Positions 44,888-55,686 of a stretch of 64,000 nt of DNA are shown in pieces. The stretch is from the NCBI GenBank assembly GCA_963695855.1, contig CAVOHZ010000006.1, positions 1 to 64,000 on the forward strand. Direction: 5' to 3'. Both the position numbers and the translations under genes were made by a program. The notes under the pieces were generated by a model, which made no database searches, was not told the origin of the DNA, and saw only the letters and a program-made list of their open reading frames with translations. Source of the DNA: an uncultured Nitrososphaerales archaeon. Its GTDB lineage: Archaea > Thermoproteota > Nitrososphaeria > Nitrososphaerales > Nitrososphaeraceae. Every line of letters begins with the position of its first letter. Position 1 is the first letter of the stretch.

Positions 44888-45663
44888 GTAATTCAAATAA
44901 GGTGAAGAAAATGGAAAAATCTAATATTATTAAATATTATGGTCATGGAATTCCTTATTTGAAAAATATAGAATTAAAAGGTAAGTTGATCGTATTAGAA
45001 GGACCAGATTCATCAGGAAGAAGTACACAAATCTCATTATTGGATAATTACCTTGAAGCAAATGGTCATGCAGTTCTTAATTCAGGCCTTAGAAGATCTG
45101 AACTGATAAGTGATGGAATACTGGAGGCAAAAGAAAGACATTTATTAAGAAAAAGGACCATGAGTTTATTTTATGCTGCAGATTTTGCAGACCAGCTCGA
45201 GAATAAAATAATCCCAGCTTTGAGAGCAGGATATATAGTATTAGCAGATAGGTATATCTATACACTTATGGCTAGGGATGCTGTAAGAAACATTAATAGA
45301 ATATGGTCATCTAATTTATATGGTTTTGCAATTAAACCCGATCTTGTTTTTTATTTAGATGTAGACCCAAAGGAACTTATACGAAGGGCTTTTCAAAAAT
45401 CTACAGAGGAACTCTTGAAAGGAATTTTTGATAAAGATAATTTTCTTGATTACTATGAATCTGGAGAAGATATGGGTTTTTCGGATGATCTCTTAGAATC
45501 TTTTATTCTCTATCAAAAGAAAATGAAGCGAGAATTTATTAGAATACAAAACAAATATGGAATTATTAAAGTTAATGGAAATCGAACAGTAGAAGAAGTG
45601 CATAACGAGTTAAAACAAAAAATAGATCAATTTTTAAAAGTTCCATTCAATACATCAAAATAA
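44884..45663 (+). CDS. Thymidylate kinase-like protein B (probable PPK3 subunit)
   Basis: Variant P-loop EGPDSSGRST, ADRYIYT, YYESGED; ATGA overlap with gene A. Confidence 0.85.
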   Translation: MSNSNKVKKMEKSNIIKYYGHGIPYLKNIELKGKLIVLEGPDSSGRSTQISLLDNYLEANGHAVLNSGLRRSELISDGILEAKERHLLRKRTMSLFYAADFADQLENKIIPALRAGYIVLADRYIYTLMARDAVRNINRIWSSNLYGFAIKPDLVFYLDVDPKELIRRAFQKSTEELLKGIFDKDNFLDYYESGEDMGFSDDLLESFILYQKKMKREFIRIQNKYGIIKVNGNRTVEEVHNELKQKIDQFLKVPFNTSK

Positions 45664-45715
45664 ATTAAATTAAATTATCTGTGAAAAAACTATTTCATTG
45701 TTGAATTAAGCGCAT

Positions 45716-46156
45716 CTATAGTATAATCATATAGATTATTACATGTTTCGCAATTAATTTTGCCGTCTGATCTGTTATTTTTGTACAAGAAATTCTATCT
45801 TGCAGCTGAAGGCCCAGAACCGTTTTCATAAAAACAAGAAAAGTATTCTTTTTTATCCCAAAATTAGAAAATAACTTAATATTCTGTTTATTGAACTGTT
45901 TTATACCATTTTTTGTTGTATCACTCCAATGAAATTGCATTAATTCTGTGTTTATAGACCCTGCAATATGTCCCAAAACATATCTCTCATCTTGCAACAT
46001 TCTTAATTTTTCTGAAATCTTGAAACTATTTTTTGATAAGCTAATACCTTTGTTGTAAGAATCAATGGCATCTATAAAAGATTTTTCTGCAAGACGTACC
46101 ATGTCATCTAATATCTTATTTATCCTATCAATACCTGAATCTAAGAGCCTTGTCAT
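45716..46156 (-). pseudogene. phoU: PhoU homolog, apparently disrupted after ~60 aa
   Basis: MTRLLDSGIDRINKILDDMVRLAEKS..SEKLRMLQDE is PhoU-like; the remainder is not; lies directly downstream of pstB. Confidence 0.55.
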
Positions 46157-46293
46157 CTTATTTCAAACTTTTATTGACTAGATACTAAATGTTTTCTCGT
46201 AAGTATAAAATAATTGATAAACGTAACTGGTCGAACTAATAATGTAAATCATATTGTTCCGTTGTTCTATATAATATAATGACGCTTAAATTA

Positions 46294-46974
46294 TTATCCA
46301 AATTTTCCACATATATATTTTTCAGTCATTTCTTCCCTAGGGTTTTCGAAAATTTGTTTTGTATCTCCAAATTCAATTAATTCGCCTAAAAACATAAAAG
46401 CAGTGTAATCTGATACCCTCGCAGCCTGTTGCATGTTATGTGTAACTATTACTATAGTCAAATATTTTTTTAGTTCATGAACTAAATCTTCTATCTTGGA
46501 TGATGCTATTGGATCCAATGCTGAAGTAGGTTCGTCCATTAGTAATACTTCGGGGTGCATGGCTAGAGCTCGTGCAATACAAAGTCTTTGTTGTTGACCT
46601 CCCGACAAACTCATTCCGGGTTTATTTAATTCATTCTTTACCTCTTCCCATAATGCAGCATTTTCAAGACTCTCTTTCACTATTTGTGAAATCAACTTCT
46701 TATCTCTTACCCCATTTAGTTTTAAGCCTGATGCAACATTGTCAAAAATAGTCATCGTAGGAAAGGGATTTGGTTTTTGAAATACCATTCCTATTCTTCT
46801 CTTTATAATAACCGGATTGATCTTTGGATCGTAAATATTAATATTATCTAAATTTACTTCACCCTTAACAAAAGCCCCGTTCGTCATTTCATGCATTCTG
46901 TTAAGACATCTTATTAATGTCGTTTTACCACATCCGGAAGGACCAATGAACGCCGTTACCTTTTTTTCTTTCAT
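46294..46974 (-). CDS. pstB: Phosphate ABC transporter ATPase
   Basis: [52 protein letters not shown]. The reading frame extends upstream to ~47148. Confidence 0.93.
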   Translation of the reverse strand: MKEKKVTAFIGPSGCGKTTLIRCLNRMHEMTNGAFVKGEVNLDNINIYDPKINPVIIKRRIGMVFQKPNPFPTMTIFDNVASGLKLNGVRDKKLISQIVKESLENAALWEEVKNELNKPGMSLSGGQQQRLCIARALAMHPEVLLMDEPTSALDPIASSKIEDLVHELKKYLTIVIVTHNMQQAARVSDYTAFMFLGELIEFGDTKQIFENPREEMTEKYICGKFG

Positions 46975-47289
46975 ATTTAGATTGATTTTTTTTAAAATTT
47001 GTTTTTTATGAAATCCTGCATTTAATTCTCTTACGTTTAGTTTTGCAGAAGTTTCAGGAAACCTGGTTTCGGTAATGTCAATAGGTTTCTCGATTTTCAG
47101 TGAAGGTTCCGGTTTATTATCTGTGTCAGTCTTCGTTGTCGTCTTTGATCAATTTATAAATGTCAGATAATGACAAATAAACAGTTTCTCTATAGTTTTC
47201 GTAGTAATAAATAGACCTATGTTTATTGGATCGATCGATTATCGAGTGCGTTCAATAACAAAAATACAAAATTGATTAATTCTATTCTA

Positions 47290-47445
47290 TTAGAAACCAC
47301 TTAAATTATTCTCAATTGGTAGACTCATATCGTTCCCCCATTCATTCCATGATCCAAGATATAATTTCGGCTTTTTAAACCCAAGTTCGCTTAATATAAC
47401 AAATGTATTTGCTGCTCTATATCCGCCCTGACAATATGTAACTGT
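47290..47445 (-). pseudogene. Rhodanese/thiosulfate sulfurtransferase 3' fragment
   Basis: VTYCQGGYRAANTFVILSELGFKKPKLYLGSWNEWGNDMSLP. Confidence 0.8.
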
Positions 47446-47710
47446 CCACATATCATGATTATTACTTTTTTACAAATTCTTAACTTATTTCTTGAAATAT
47501 TGGAATTCATTCGAGCGTGTGAGAACAAGGAAAATCTCGTTAGAAGATTATATAATTTGGGAGGCGAATTTAAATATGAATATTGTTTAGTAATAATTTC
47601 TATCTTTTTTTAAATTTAACTATAATTAACCACGGACCCCATACCGATTTTTGTATGAGATCCATGTCTTACAAAATATAATTCCAAATACAGTTTTATC
47701 AATTATACCA

Positions 47711-48343
47711 TTACTTTTTCATTTGCTTATTCTGCTTATTCTTCTGCTTCTCTTCTTTTTTCATTTGCTTATTCTTCTGCTTCTCTTCTTTTTTCATTTG
47801 CTTATTCTTCTGCTTCTCTTCTTTTTTCATTTGCTTATTCTTCTGCTTCTCTTCTTTTTTCATTTGCTTATTCTTCTGCTTCTCTTCTTTTTTCATTTGC
47901 TTATTCTTCTGCTTCTCTTCTTTTTTCATTTGCTTATTCTTCTGCTTCTCTTCTTTTTTCATTTGCTTATTCTTCTTTTCATCTTGCTTTTTATTGTTGT
48001 TTTTTGATACATTTATTGTATCTATATTACTACCAATCTTTTTTACCTCAGATTGTAGCCTGGATATTTGAGATTTGATCTGTCCCAGTGATTCCAATTC
48101 CTTTGTGTAGCTAGGATTCTTAGTTAATTTAACGGCATTTTTTACATCGCCCAAAATTTTCTCTAATTTTGAATAATGATCATTTTCCTGCTCTAATTTT
48201 TTTAGAATTGTTTTCTGTATATTAGTATTAATTTTCAGCTGATCTTGCATATTTTTCAGGTCAAGAATTTCTTCAAAATCTCTAGGTGTTTCCTTTGTCG
48301 TATTTTCTACCACAGGTAAATTTAGATTCTTTATATTTGACAT
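47711..48343 (-). CDS. Coiled-coil protein with Lys-rich tandem-repeat tail
   Basis: 210-aa ORF ending in about 7 copies of KNKQMKKEEKQ. Confidence 0.7.
   Translation of the reverse strand: MSNIKNLNLPVVENTTKETPRDFEEILDLKNMQDQLKINTNIQKTILKKLEQENDHYSKLEKILGDVKNAVKLTKNPSYTKELESLGQIKSQISRLQSEVKKIGSNIDTINVSKNNNKKQDEKKNKQMKKEEKQKNKQMKKEEKQKNKQMKKEEKQKNKQMKKEEKQKNKQMKKEEKQKNKQMKKEEKQKNKQMKKEEKQKNKQNKQMKK
47733..47976. repeat. 33-bp perfect tandem repeat, ~7 copies
   Basis: Unit tgcttattcttctgcttctcttcttttttcatt with no spacers. Confidence 0.95.
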
Positions 48344-49987
48344 TGTATTTTATTTAAATCACTATTATATATTTATTATACTACTATATACAGCATATAG
48401 ATTCCTTAATGACTCTGTTGATCCGATATATTATGCATGGTCAATATTTTAGATATATTTTCAGTTGGATAATAGTCAGCGTACATTACTAAAATAAGTG
48501 ACCTTAACTACAGATTCTAATATCAATGACCAATATTCCAATGTATCCTAGGTTTGTCATCTTTTTTTTGAGTCTGGTCGTAGTACTTCATTCTTTTTCT
48601 ATAAAAAATCGTGTAATAGAGATACGAATAGAAATATAATAACTAAAATAAACGATATAGATTATTAGATGATGATTTTTCAATTAAAAATATACGGTAA
48701 ATTCCTGCGATACCAATATGACTTCTATGATTATGAGCAGGCACGTGAGATTAAAGGTTGAAAATCGCTATTGATATTCCAACACATCTTAAAGAGAACA
48801 ATGATCGACTTATTACAATTGAAGATGGAATAATAAAGAGTATTTGGAAGGAACTGTATGAAGATAGTGTTTCATTTCATATAAAGAAATTTCCCTCCAT
48901 GTCTGATCGGACAATCAGAATGATATCCAGATAATAAAAATGGTATCTGACTATAGAGAAAATTGACGGGTTTTAAATGATTGCAATCACAAGACCAATT
49001 TATAGAATGTTGCGAAAGAAAGAGAACACGCATGTACAGATTCTACACATGGTGTGCGAAGAGAAAGGTTGTTGGATTTATAGGCAAAAGTCACATAACA
49101 CTACTGGGAGCCGAAAAGATATTTACAGCATTAGAAGTGTAGTGAGATAGGACAAATACCGTTGGACTATCTATTTAGATGAATATACTAGCAAGTATTT
49201 CCTATTGTAAATAAAGATAAACAACTTGAGCTAATTACAATTACCATAGACTTACAAATTGGCACCTCCCTAACAACAAGTCGTTCATTTCCGGAAAGAA
49301 GAAAGTGACATTTTTTTGGCTCTTTCTACTCCGGAATTATTGAAAATTCTGATTTTATATTCTAAATATCGATAAAGGATGTAATAGATTAATTATTTAA
49401 CAAAAGGAGAAATAAAGAAAGGTATAGATTTCTTCTGTAATCAGATGATGTATGGTTTTACTAGAAAAGAACAAATCCATACTTTAAGAAATTTTGATGC
49501 ATGATTGGATAATTTTCTAAGGTATTTTCAACGTAGGATTTGATGTATTCTGTAAAAAAAAATAGAATAAAACACATCTCGGATCGAACTAGAAAACATA
49601 GTTTTCAAAAAGATAGAAAGAGTATGTCATACTATAATGCGGCAACACTACAATCTAAAAACATAAAAGTTTATCAATAGTTTTTTTATGTTATACTTTT
49701 GTAATTAAACCATTTGACAAAAATAGGTGTAAAGTAGACGTAAGACTATAATGTCATAAAACATTTTTTATTGTATACTTTATTACAAGCTTGAAACTCA
49801 GGGATCAATTGCAAATTAAGGGGTCAATAAAATCTATCAGAATTATTTCTTGCATTTTTTTGGATTATTATCTAGATCTTAAATTTGAGATTCAAATTTT
49901 ATTGAATTTAATTATTTGCTCCTTACGTTTTTTTCAGATAGGATAAAGGTTTAAGAATTATTATAAATTAAGATAATTTGTCCACAA

Positions 49988-50488
49988 ATGAAAAAACTTT
50001 TACTTGTACGTCATGGCAAATCCAGCTGGGATAATCCTGATACTGCAGATCATGAAAGACCGCTTACCAATCGAGGAAAAGAAGGTGCATCTATTATAGG
50101 CAAATTTTTAAAAAAAGAAAATCTTATTCCTGATCTAATTATTAGTTCCACTGCAAAAAGAGCAAATAAGACTGCAGATATAATTGGTAAAAAATCTGGT
50201 TATAACAAAAAGATTCTTGAATCAGAAGCATTGTATAGTGGTTCTTCAGAAGATTATACAAACATCATTCATGAAATCGCTGATAAAAATAAGACAGTCC
50301 TGTTAGTTGGACATAATCCTGTGATAGAAGATGTAGTAGAAAGAATTACTGCCGAAAAACGGCTCATGAAAACATGTTCCTTAGCACATATTGATTTGTC
50401 AATCGATTCTTGGAAAAATTTTCATTATAGAAAAAAATATAAACTCGTTGATTTGATCAATGTGAGAGAATTAGATATAGATGGATGA
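49988..50488 (+). CDS. sixA: SixA-like histidine phosphatase (third copy, distinct type)
   Basis: LVRHGKSSW, DHERPLT.RG, SSTAKRA..TA, VGHNP. Confidence 0.9.
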   Translation: MKKLLLVRHGKSSWDNPDTADHERPLTNRGKEGASIIGKFLKKENLIPDLIISSTAKRANKTADIIGKKSGYNKKILESEALYSGSSEDYTNIIHEIADKNKTVLLVGHNPVIEDVVERITAEKRLMKTCSLAHIDLSIDSWKNFHYRKKYKLVDLINVRELDIDG

Positions 50489-51131
50489 TAAGGTTCAAGT
50501 TTCTGCAATCATGAGATATGGATTGAAAATGTCTTTTTATTTGGATGATTATTCTAGCAGATATTTAATCTCTTTTTGAATCAACACATCACCATCTTGT
50601 TAAGATGTTATCATCACTAAAGCCCCTTATCTTTTTACTATTCAATTAGATATCAATTCGGCATTCGATGTTTACTATTATATTCAATTCGATAATTTTA
50701 TTAAATTTATATCATAGACAAAAATTTTATAAAAAAATTTAGTAAATCATTTTACGTATTAGAAAACCAAATTCTTATATCTCTTTCTCTGCATATTATT
50801 TGCAGGTAATGAGAAATCATTACCAGATGATATACGATGGAGGAAACTCGGTCGTATATCTTCGTTTATGTTATGAAACATATATTTGGATTTTATAATG
50901 ATTTTTATTTAATTTAGAGTATTTTGTATTTGTAATATCCATCTCAAAATTTATGTTTAGGAATGATTCGTTTCTGTTATCGGTATCGATATATTCTATT
51001 GCAATATTAAAGATGCGTTTTCCTTGTATGGTTATATATTTCTAGTTATTTTCAACCAAATCACCTCAATCATTTCGATCGTTTGTCCTTACGCATTTAT
51101 GCATAAGCTTACTCCACCTATAATCAGCAGC

Positions 51132-52266
51132 TATACCACTTAGCATATGTTAGCTGACACCATCAACCAGATAGTTTCTCATATCAAGATGAAATCTTTT
51201 TGTTCTAAAATATAATGATATTTTATTTTTAAAATCAGTAAATGACGAATAATATTGTAGAACAAGCAGATCGTTTTTGGCTATATGCCATATCTGTTCC
51301 AGTACCATAAATTCAGGAGATGCTGTTGGAAGATAAACTGGAATCAAACTATCTCTATTGTCACCAAAATATTTCAGTACCTTTTTCGATCTGTAATGTT
51401 GTTTTGCCTTATCTAGGAACAAGTAACATTTTGGAAATTTTCTATGTATCTGTTTTAGGTAATCTAAAAAGGTATTTTCATCAAACCAGTCATACTGCCT
51501 GAATAACTGATTTCCTTCTAAACTTGTAGCACCAAATAAGACGGATTCCTGATGGGACCCTGTAATTCTTACAACTGGTCTTTCATACTTGCTTATCCAT
51601 ACTTTCCTGACGAGTGAATCATAGAAGAAAAATGATTCATCTGTAGATACTACCGTGAATCCTTCGTCGTGGAGAGTATCCAGAATCGTTCTGGCTGTTT
51701 TTTAAAATTTTCTTTCTCTTCTTTTGATGCTGTATTAACATATATCTTTCTTGGTACCTTCTGCTTGAATCCCCACTTGTGCATGAGTCTGTATATGTGG
51801 GTGTAATGGTATCTTATTCCACCACTCTTTTTCACAATCAGATCTTCTACCTGTTTTGTAGTCCAACCTTGTTTGCTGGATGATAATTCCTTTATTATTT
51901 CATATATTGTATCTTCTGATAGATCTGGATGTCTTCCACTCTTTGTTCTGTTTTTTAATCCTTCTATTCCTTCTTCTCTGTATCTCTTTAACCAGTCAGA
52001 TGCCCATGTCTTGCTTCTGTGAAGATCTCTTGCTACCTGTGCAGGAACCTGTTTATCATATACTACATTTAAAATGAGTAGCATTCTTTCCTTTACATTA
52101 GTATCGTGTTCAGATCTGTATAGTCTTTCAAATCTTGTTTTTGATATTTCTGTAGTAATCAATAAGATGTATCATGTTAATAATAATAGTAGCTAATAGC
52201 TATTCTGCTCTAAAATGTATGATACAATAGTAAAATAAAGTCAGTATACTTATGCTAATTGGTATA
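51132..52266 (-). mobile_element. IS630-family element (orfA 51650-52162, orfB to 51150)
   Basis: TIRs tataccacttagcata / tatgctaattggtata; homologous to 18964-20095. Confidence 0.92.
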
Positions 52267-52563
52267 GAATATCAATCATTAATGATACAGGGAAATGGTT
52301 AATAGAAGTTCAAGATAAGGTACATCTAAAACTAAAAAAGTAAATCGAGACCTTGACCGGCAAAACCCTCGCATAGCTAATAGAAATTATAAATACCCTA
52401 AGATAACGTGATCATCATACCGAGAAGATAATTAAGGTTGTTGAAATATTGATTATAAACATTATATGTTTCTAGTAGTTATCACAATTCTTTTCACAGC
52501 GTCAATGGACACTCAAACCAAACCAAATTATTTGTGTGTTGTTTATATATTAAAAATTTCATA

Positions 52564-52860
52564 TCACCTACGTACCATTTTTTTCTTCACATTATAATAT
52601 GATTCAATATTTCTTTCCATATAGTTGGAAATAAAATATAAAACTCCATACTTATCACCTATTTTAGTTATCAAATTATTTTTTTCTAAAACATGAATAT
52701 GATGTTGAATAGTTTTATAATCTAATCTTAATTCTTCGGAGATTTTATTGATATTTAAGGGTTTTTCTATTAATATGTCAAGGATTCTAATACGATTGTC
52801 ACCTCCTCTTGTTCCAGCAAAAAGAAACCATAACAATCGTATTACATCCGGATCAGACAT
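52564..52860 (-). CDS. ArsR-like winged-helix transcription regulator
   Basis: GTRGGDNRIRIL..PLNINKISEELRLDYKTIQHHIHVL..YG. Confidence 0.85.
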   Translation of the reverse strand: MSDPDVIRLLWFLFAGTRGGDNRIRILDILIEKPLNINKISEELRLDYKTIQHHIHVLEKNNLITKIGDKYGVLYFISNYMERNIESYYNVKKKMVRR

Positions 52861-53013
52861 CGAATATTATCAAAATAACTATGAGATGATAAAAAGCGTT
52901 TACTTCTATAACATCTTGATTTTTAAAATTAACCGTTTTAGTACAAGAGCTTTTGGACAGAAAAGAATTTCTTACAATATTTTTATACAATTTTTTTATA
53001 CCCTTTACATTAT

Positions 53014-53295
53014 TCAAAGAGTAATCTTCAAAAGACCTGCAACTCCTGCAAGCTCAGCTATGTGGATCAGAAAAAAAAATGACAATAAACCTTCAGCATA
53101 TAGTGGTGTCATAGCAAAATACGCATAGACAACAATCAAATTTTGTATAACAAGCATACTTGCAAAAAACATTAAACCTATCGTGAATGCAGCCCTAGTT
53201 TTTAAATATATTTTTGTATACAGGTATAACAAAACGCTCAGAATAATTATAGTCGCTATACTTAAGATAGCATTTATCTCCATTAGAGTTTCCAT
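53014..53295 (-). CDS. Small three-TM membrane protein
   Basis: 93 aa, three hydrophobic helices. Confidence 0.75.
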   Translation of the reverse strand: METLMEINAILSIATIIILSVLLYLYTKIYLKTRAAFTIGLMFFASMLVIQNLIVVYAYFAMTPLYAEGLLSFFFLIHIAELAGVAGLLKITL

Positions 53296-53314
53296 AGTGA
53301 TATCCTCCTGTCAT

Positions 53315-54472
53315 TTAACCAAATGTAAATGTGTAGATTTGTAATCCTTCTCCCTTAGCATCAATTACTATTGTGTGTTCTCCATAGTTTTTATTTGTTA
53401 CAAGATTATATAACCTCTGTTCATCTACCAGAACTTTGCCATCACTATCTGAATCTTTGCTTAAATCATTTGTAATCAGTTTTCCATCTTGTGTTACTGT
53501 AAAGTTCCCTTTTGCACCTGCTACTATGTTTACAGATTTTGAATTATATTTTAATAATATACTTCCGTTATTGCTCTGTAATTCCATGTGATCTGGATTA
53601 TTTTTCCATTTCCCTTCCAGATATATCACGTTAGGTTTAATTTCAGAATCTTCTGGTAGACTATAGAACAGACTCTGGTTAGGTTTAAAGCCTTCTATAT
53701 TGCCTAAAGGTTCTCTTGCGAATTCATATCCAAAGTAAAGCTCTGGAGATTTTATTTTTGCAAAATTAATATCCTCAGATTCTAACCTGGCGTCAGTGTC
53801 AATATTTTGCGAAGTATTAAGATTTATGTTTTTTAATCCCAAATGTGCTGCTCTTTCAGTCAAAAGACTTTGAATTACTTTTTCAGTTTCATTGTAAGCT
53901 CCTTCTCCTATGTGATCATATCTTATATATCCTTCATCATCCACCAAATATTTTCTTGGCCAATATCTATTATCATATTCATTCCATGTCTCTTTATCAT
54001 TGTCCTGTAAAACTGGATATTTTATTCCAAATTTTTGAACTGCCGATTTAACATTTTCACTATTTTTTTCAAATTCAAATTCAGGAGTATGTATGCCGAC
54101 TATGACTAATCCTTTATCGGAATATTTATCATACCATTCATTGAGATATGGAATGGTTCTTATACAGTTAATACAACTATACGTCCAAAAGTCTACTAGC
54201 ACAACTTTATCTCTCAGATCATAAAGGGATATTGGTTTTGTATTAATATATTCTGAGATTTTAGAAAAGTCTTTTGCTTTTTTGAATTGCGATTTGTCAA
54301 TATCGATCATTTTTCCATCTTTATCATCTTGTCCGGTTAATGCTATAAATCCAGCAGAAGTAGATTTGGTCGAAATATTTGATTCTTGAGTATTAAAATA
54401 AATTGCAAATCCAGCTATCACAGCTACTACTGCAATTGCCATAAGAACTGCACTGATATTATCTCTATTCAT
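53315..54472 (-). CDS. Membrane-anchored DipZ-like redoxin
   Basis: VDFWTYSCINC, GIHTPEFEFEK, NRYWP, HIGEG, PELYFG, RLYNLV, YTFTFG. Confidence 0.9.
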   Translation of the reverse strand: MNRDNISAVLMAIAVVAVIAGFAIYFNTQESNISTKSTSAGFIALTGQDDKDGKMIDIDKSQFKKAKDFSKISEYINTKPISLYDLRDKVVLVDFWTYSCINCIRTIPYLNEWYDKYSDKGLVIVGIHTPEFEFEKNSENVKSAVQKFGIKYPVLQDNDKETWNEYDNRYWPRKYLVDDEGYIRYDHIGEGAYNETEKVIQSLLTERAAHLGLKNINLNTSQNIDTDARLESEDINFAKIKSPELYFGYEFAREPLGNIEGFKPNQSLFYSLPEDSEIKPNVIYLEGKWKNNPDHMELQSNNGSILLKYNSKSVNIVAGAKGNFTVTQDGKLITNDLSKDSDSDGKVLVDEQRLYNLVTNKNYGEHTIVIDAKGEGLQIYTFTFG

Positions 54473-54475
54473 AGT

Positions 54476-55291
54476 TCATATACCTCTTTCTAGATTGATG
54501 ATCTCATTTGCAAGTGGAAAATTACCCAGAATATTTAACTGATTTGTGAATATCAGTATTCCTAATATTATTAAAAAAGTTCCCATTGCAGTATTAAAAT
54601 ATTTCAAATATTTTACCATCTTCTTTATCAATCCAGTCGCCCTTGAAAAAAAAGCAGCTGTTATCAAGAAAGGAGTTCCTAGTCCCAAGGAGTATGCTAA
54701 TAGTAAGTTATATGCCTCTGCAGGAGACGTCGCTGCTAAAGTAAATGTACTTCCAAGAATTGGACCTACACATGGAGTCCAGCCTGCAGCAAAGGCAATT
54801 CCAAATACAAATGAAGTAATATAACTAGTTTTAAATTTAGGAACTCTAGTAAATTTCCTCTCAAAGTTTAAGTTGTTTATCTTTGACGATAAAATAAGAA
54901 ATACTCCAAAAGATATAATCACAATTCCACCAATTATTTGAAGAGTGTTTTGAAAAGTAGTACCTATATTTACCAAAACACTGTTGAGAGCAACTCCCAA
55001 AACGGCGAAAATTACTGAAAATCCTAGTACAAAATAAACTGTATTTAAGAATATATTCACTCTAGTAGATTTCTGTAGAGATATAGATTTTTTATTGCTG
55101 TTGATAGTGTTGATATTTGACTCAACATTCTCATTATCAACAGAAGTCTTTGTTCTATTTATGTTACTAATTTCATGAAGAGTTGAGCCTGATAAATAGG
55201 AAATAAAAGCAGGTAGGATAGGTAATATACAAGGTGAGAAAAATGATGCCATTCCAGCGATAGCTGAAACCACTATATTAATTTCTGCCAT
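54476..55291 (-). CDS. ccdA: CcdA/DsbD-type electron transporter
   Basis: SFFSPCILP and AGWTPCVGPILG; six TMs. Confidence 0.92.
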   Translation of the reverse strand: MAEINIVVSAIAGMASFFSPCILPILPAFISYLSGSTLHEISNINRTKTSVDNENVESNINTINSNKKSISLQKSTRVNIFLNTVYFVLGFSVIFAVLGVALNSVLVNIGTTFQNTLQIIGGIVIISFGVFLILSSKINNLNFERKFTRVPKFKTSYITSFVFGIAFAAGWTPCVGPILGSTFTLAATSPAEAYNLLLAYSLGLGTPFLITAAFFSRATGLIKKMVKYLKYFNTAMGTFLIILGILIFTNQLNILGNFPLANEIINLERGI

Positions 55292-55686
55292 GTATACAAT
55301 TTACTAATTCTTAATAAAAAAGGATATTCCCAAATTAGACCCATAACCTACCCAATTTGATACCAACAGATCATGAACTTTAATTTATGAATTGCAGATT
55401 CAAATGGGTAGCTAAGGCTACAAGTAAAAAACTAATTATCAATATTTATTAATCAAAACAGAATATATGAACTTTATCTATAATAGATTATTGTTGTAAT
55501 ACTATGATTAAATTACTGATAGAAATTATGATCATAAAGGAAAATTATAAGAATCAACAATTCTTAGCAAATATAGTCATACTAATTATGATATATATTA
55601 TTGCTAATAGGTTAATAAATTAGTTAGAATTTGCTCGTTAAATCAAAATTAAAAAAAGGTTGGAGAAAGAAGAGAGAGAGAGTGTG

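Noticed and set aside
44168-45663. Plain tmk annotation
   Set aside because: Tandem pair, variant P-loop and ppx context argue against ordinary dTMP kinases
47733-47976. 33-bp repeat as a CRISPR array
   Set aside because: Units are contiguous with no spacers, in frame within a CDS, and there are no cas genes
47651-48007. Leu/Phe-rich 118-aa ORF on + strand
   Set aside because: Antisense shadow of the Lys-rich repeat
55662-55686. (ga)n tract downstream of the 55687 gene
   Set aside because: Simple pyrimidine-rich 3' tract on the coding strand; at most a terminator-like sequence
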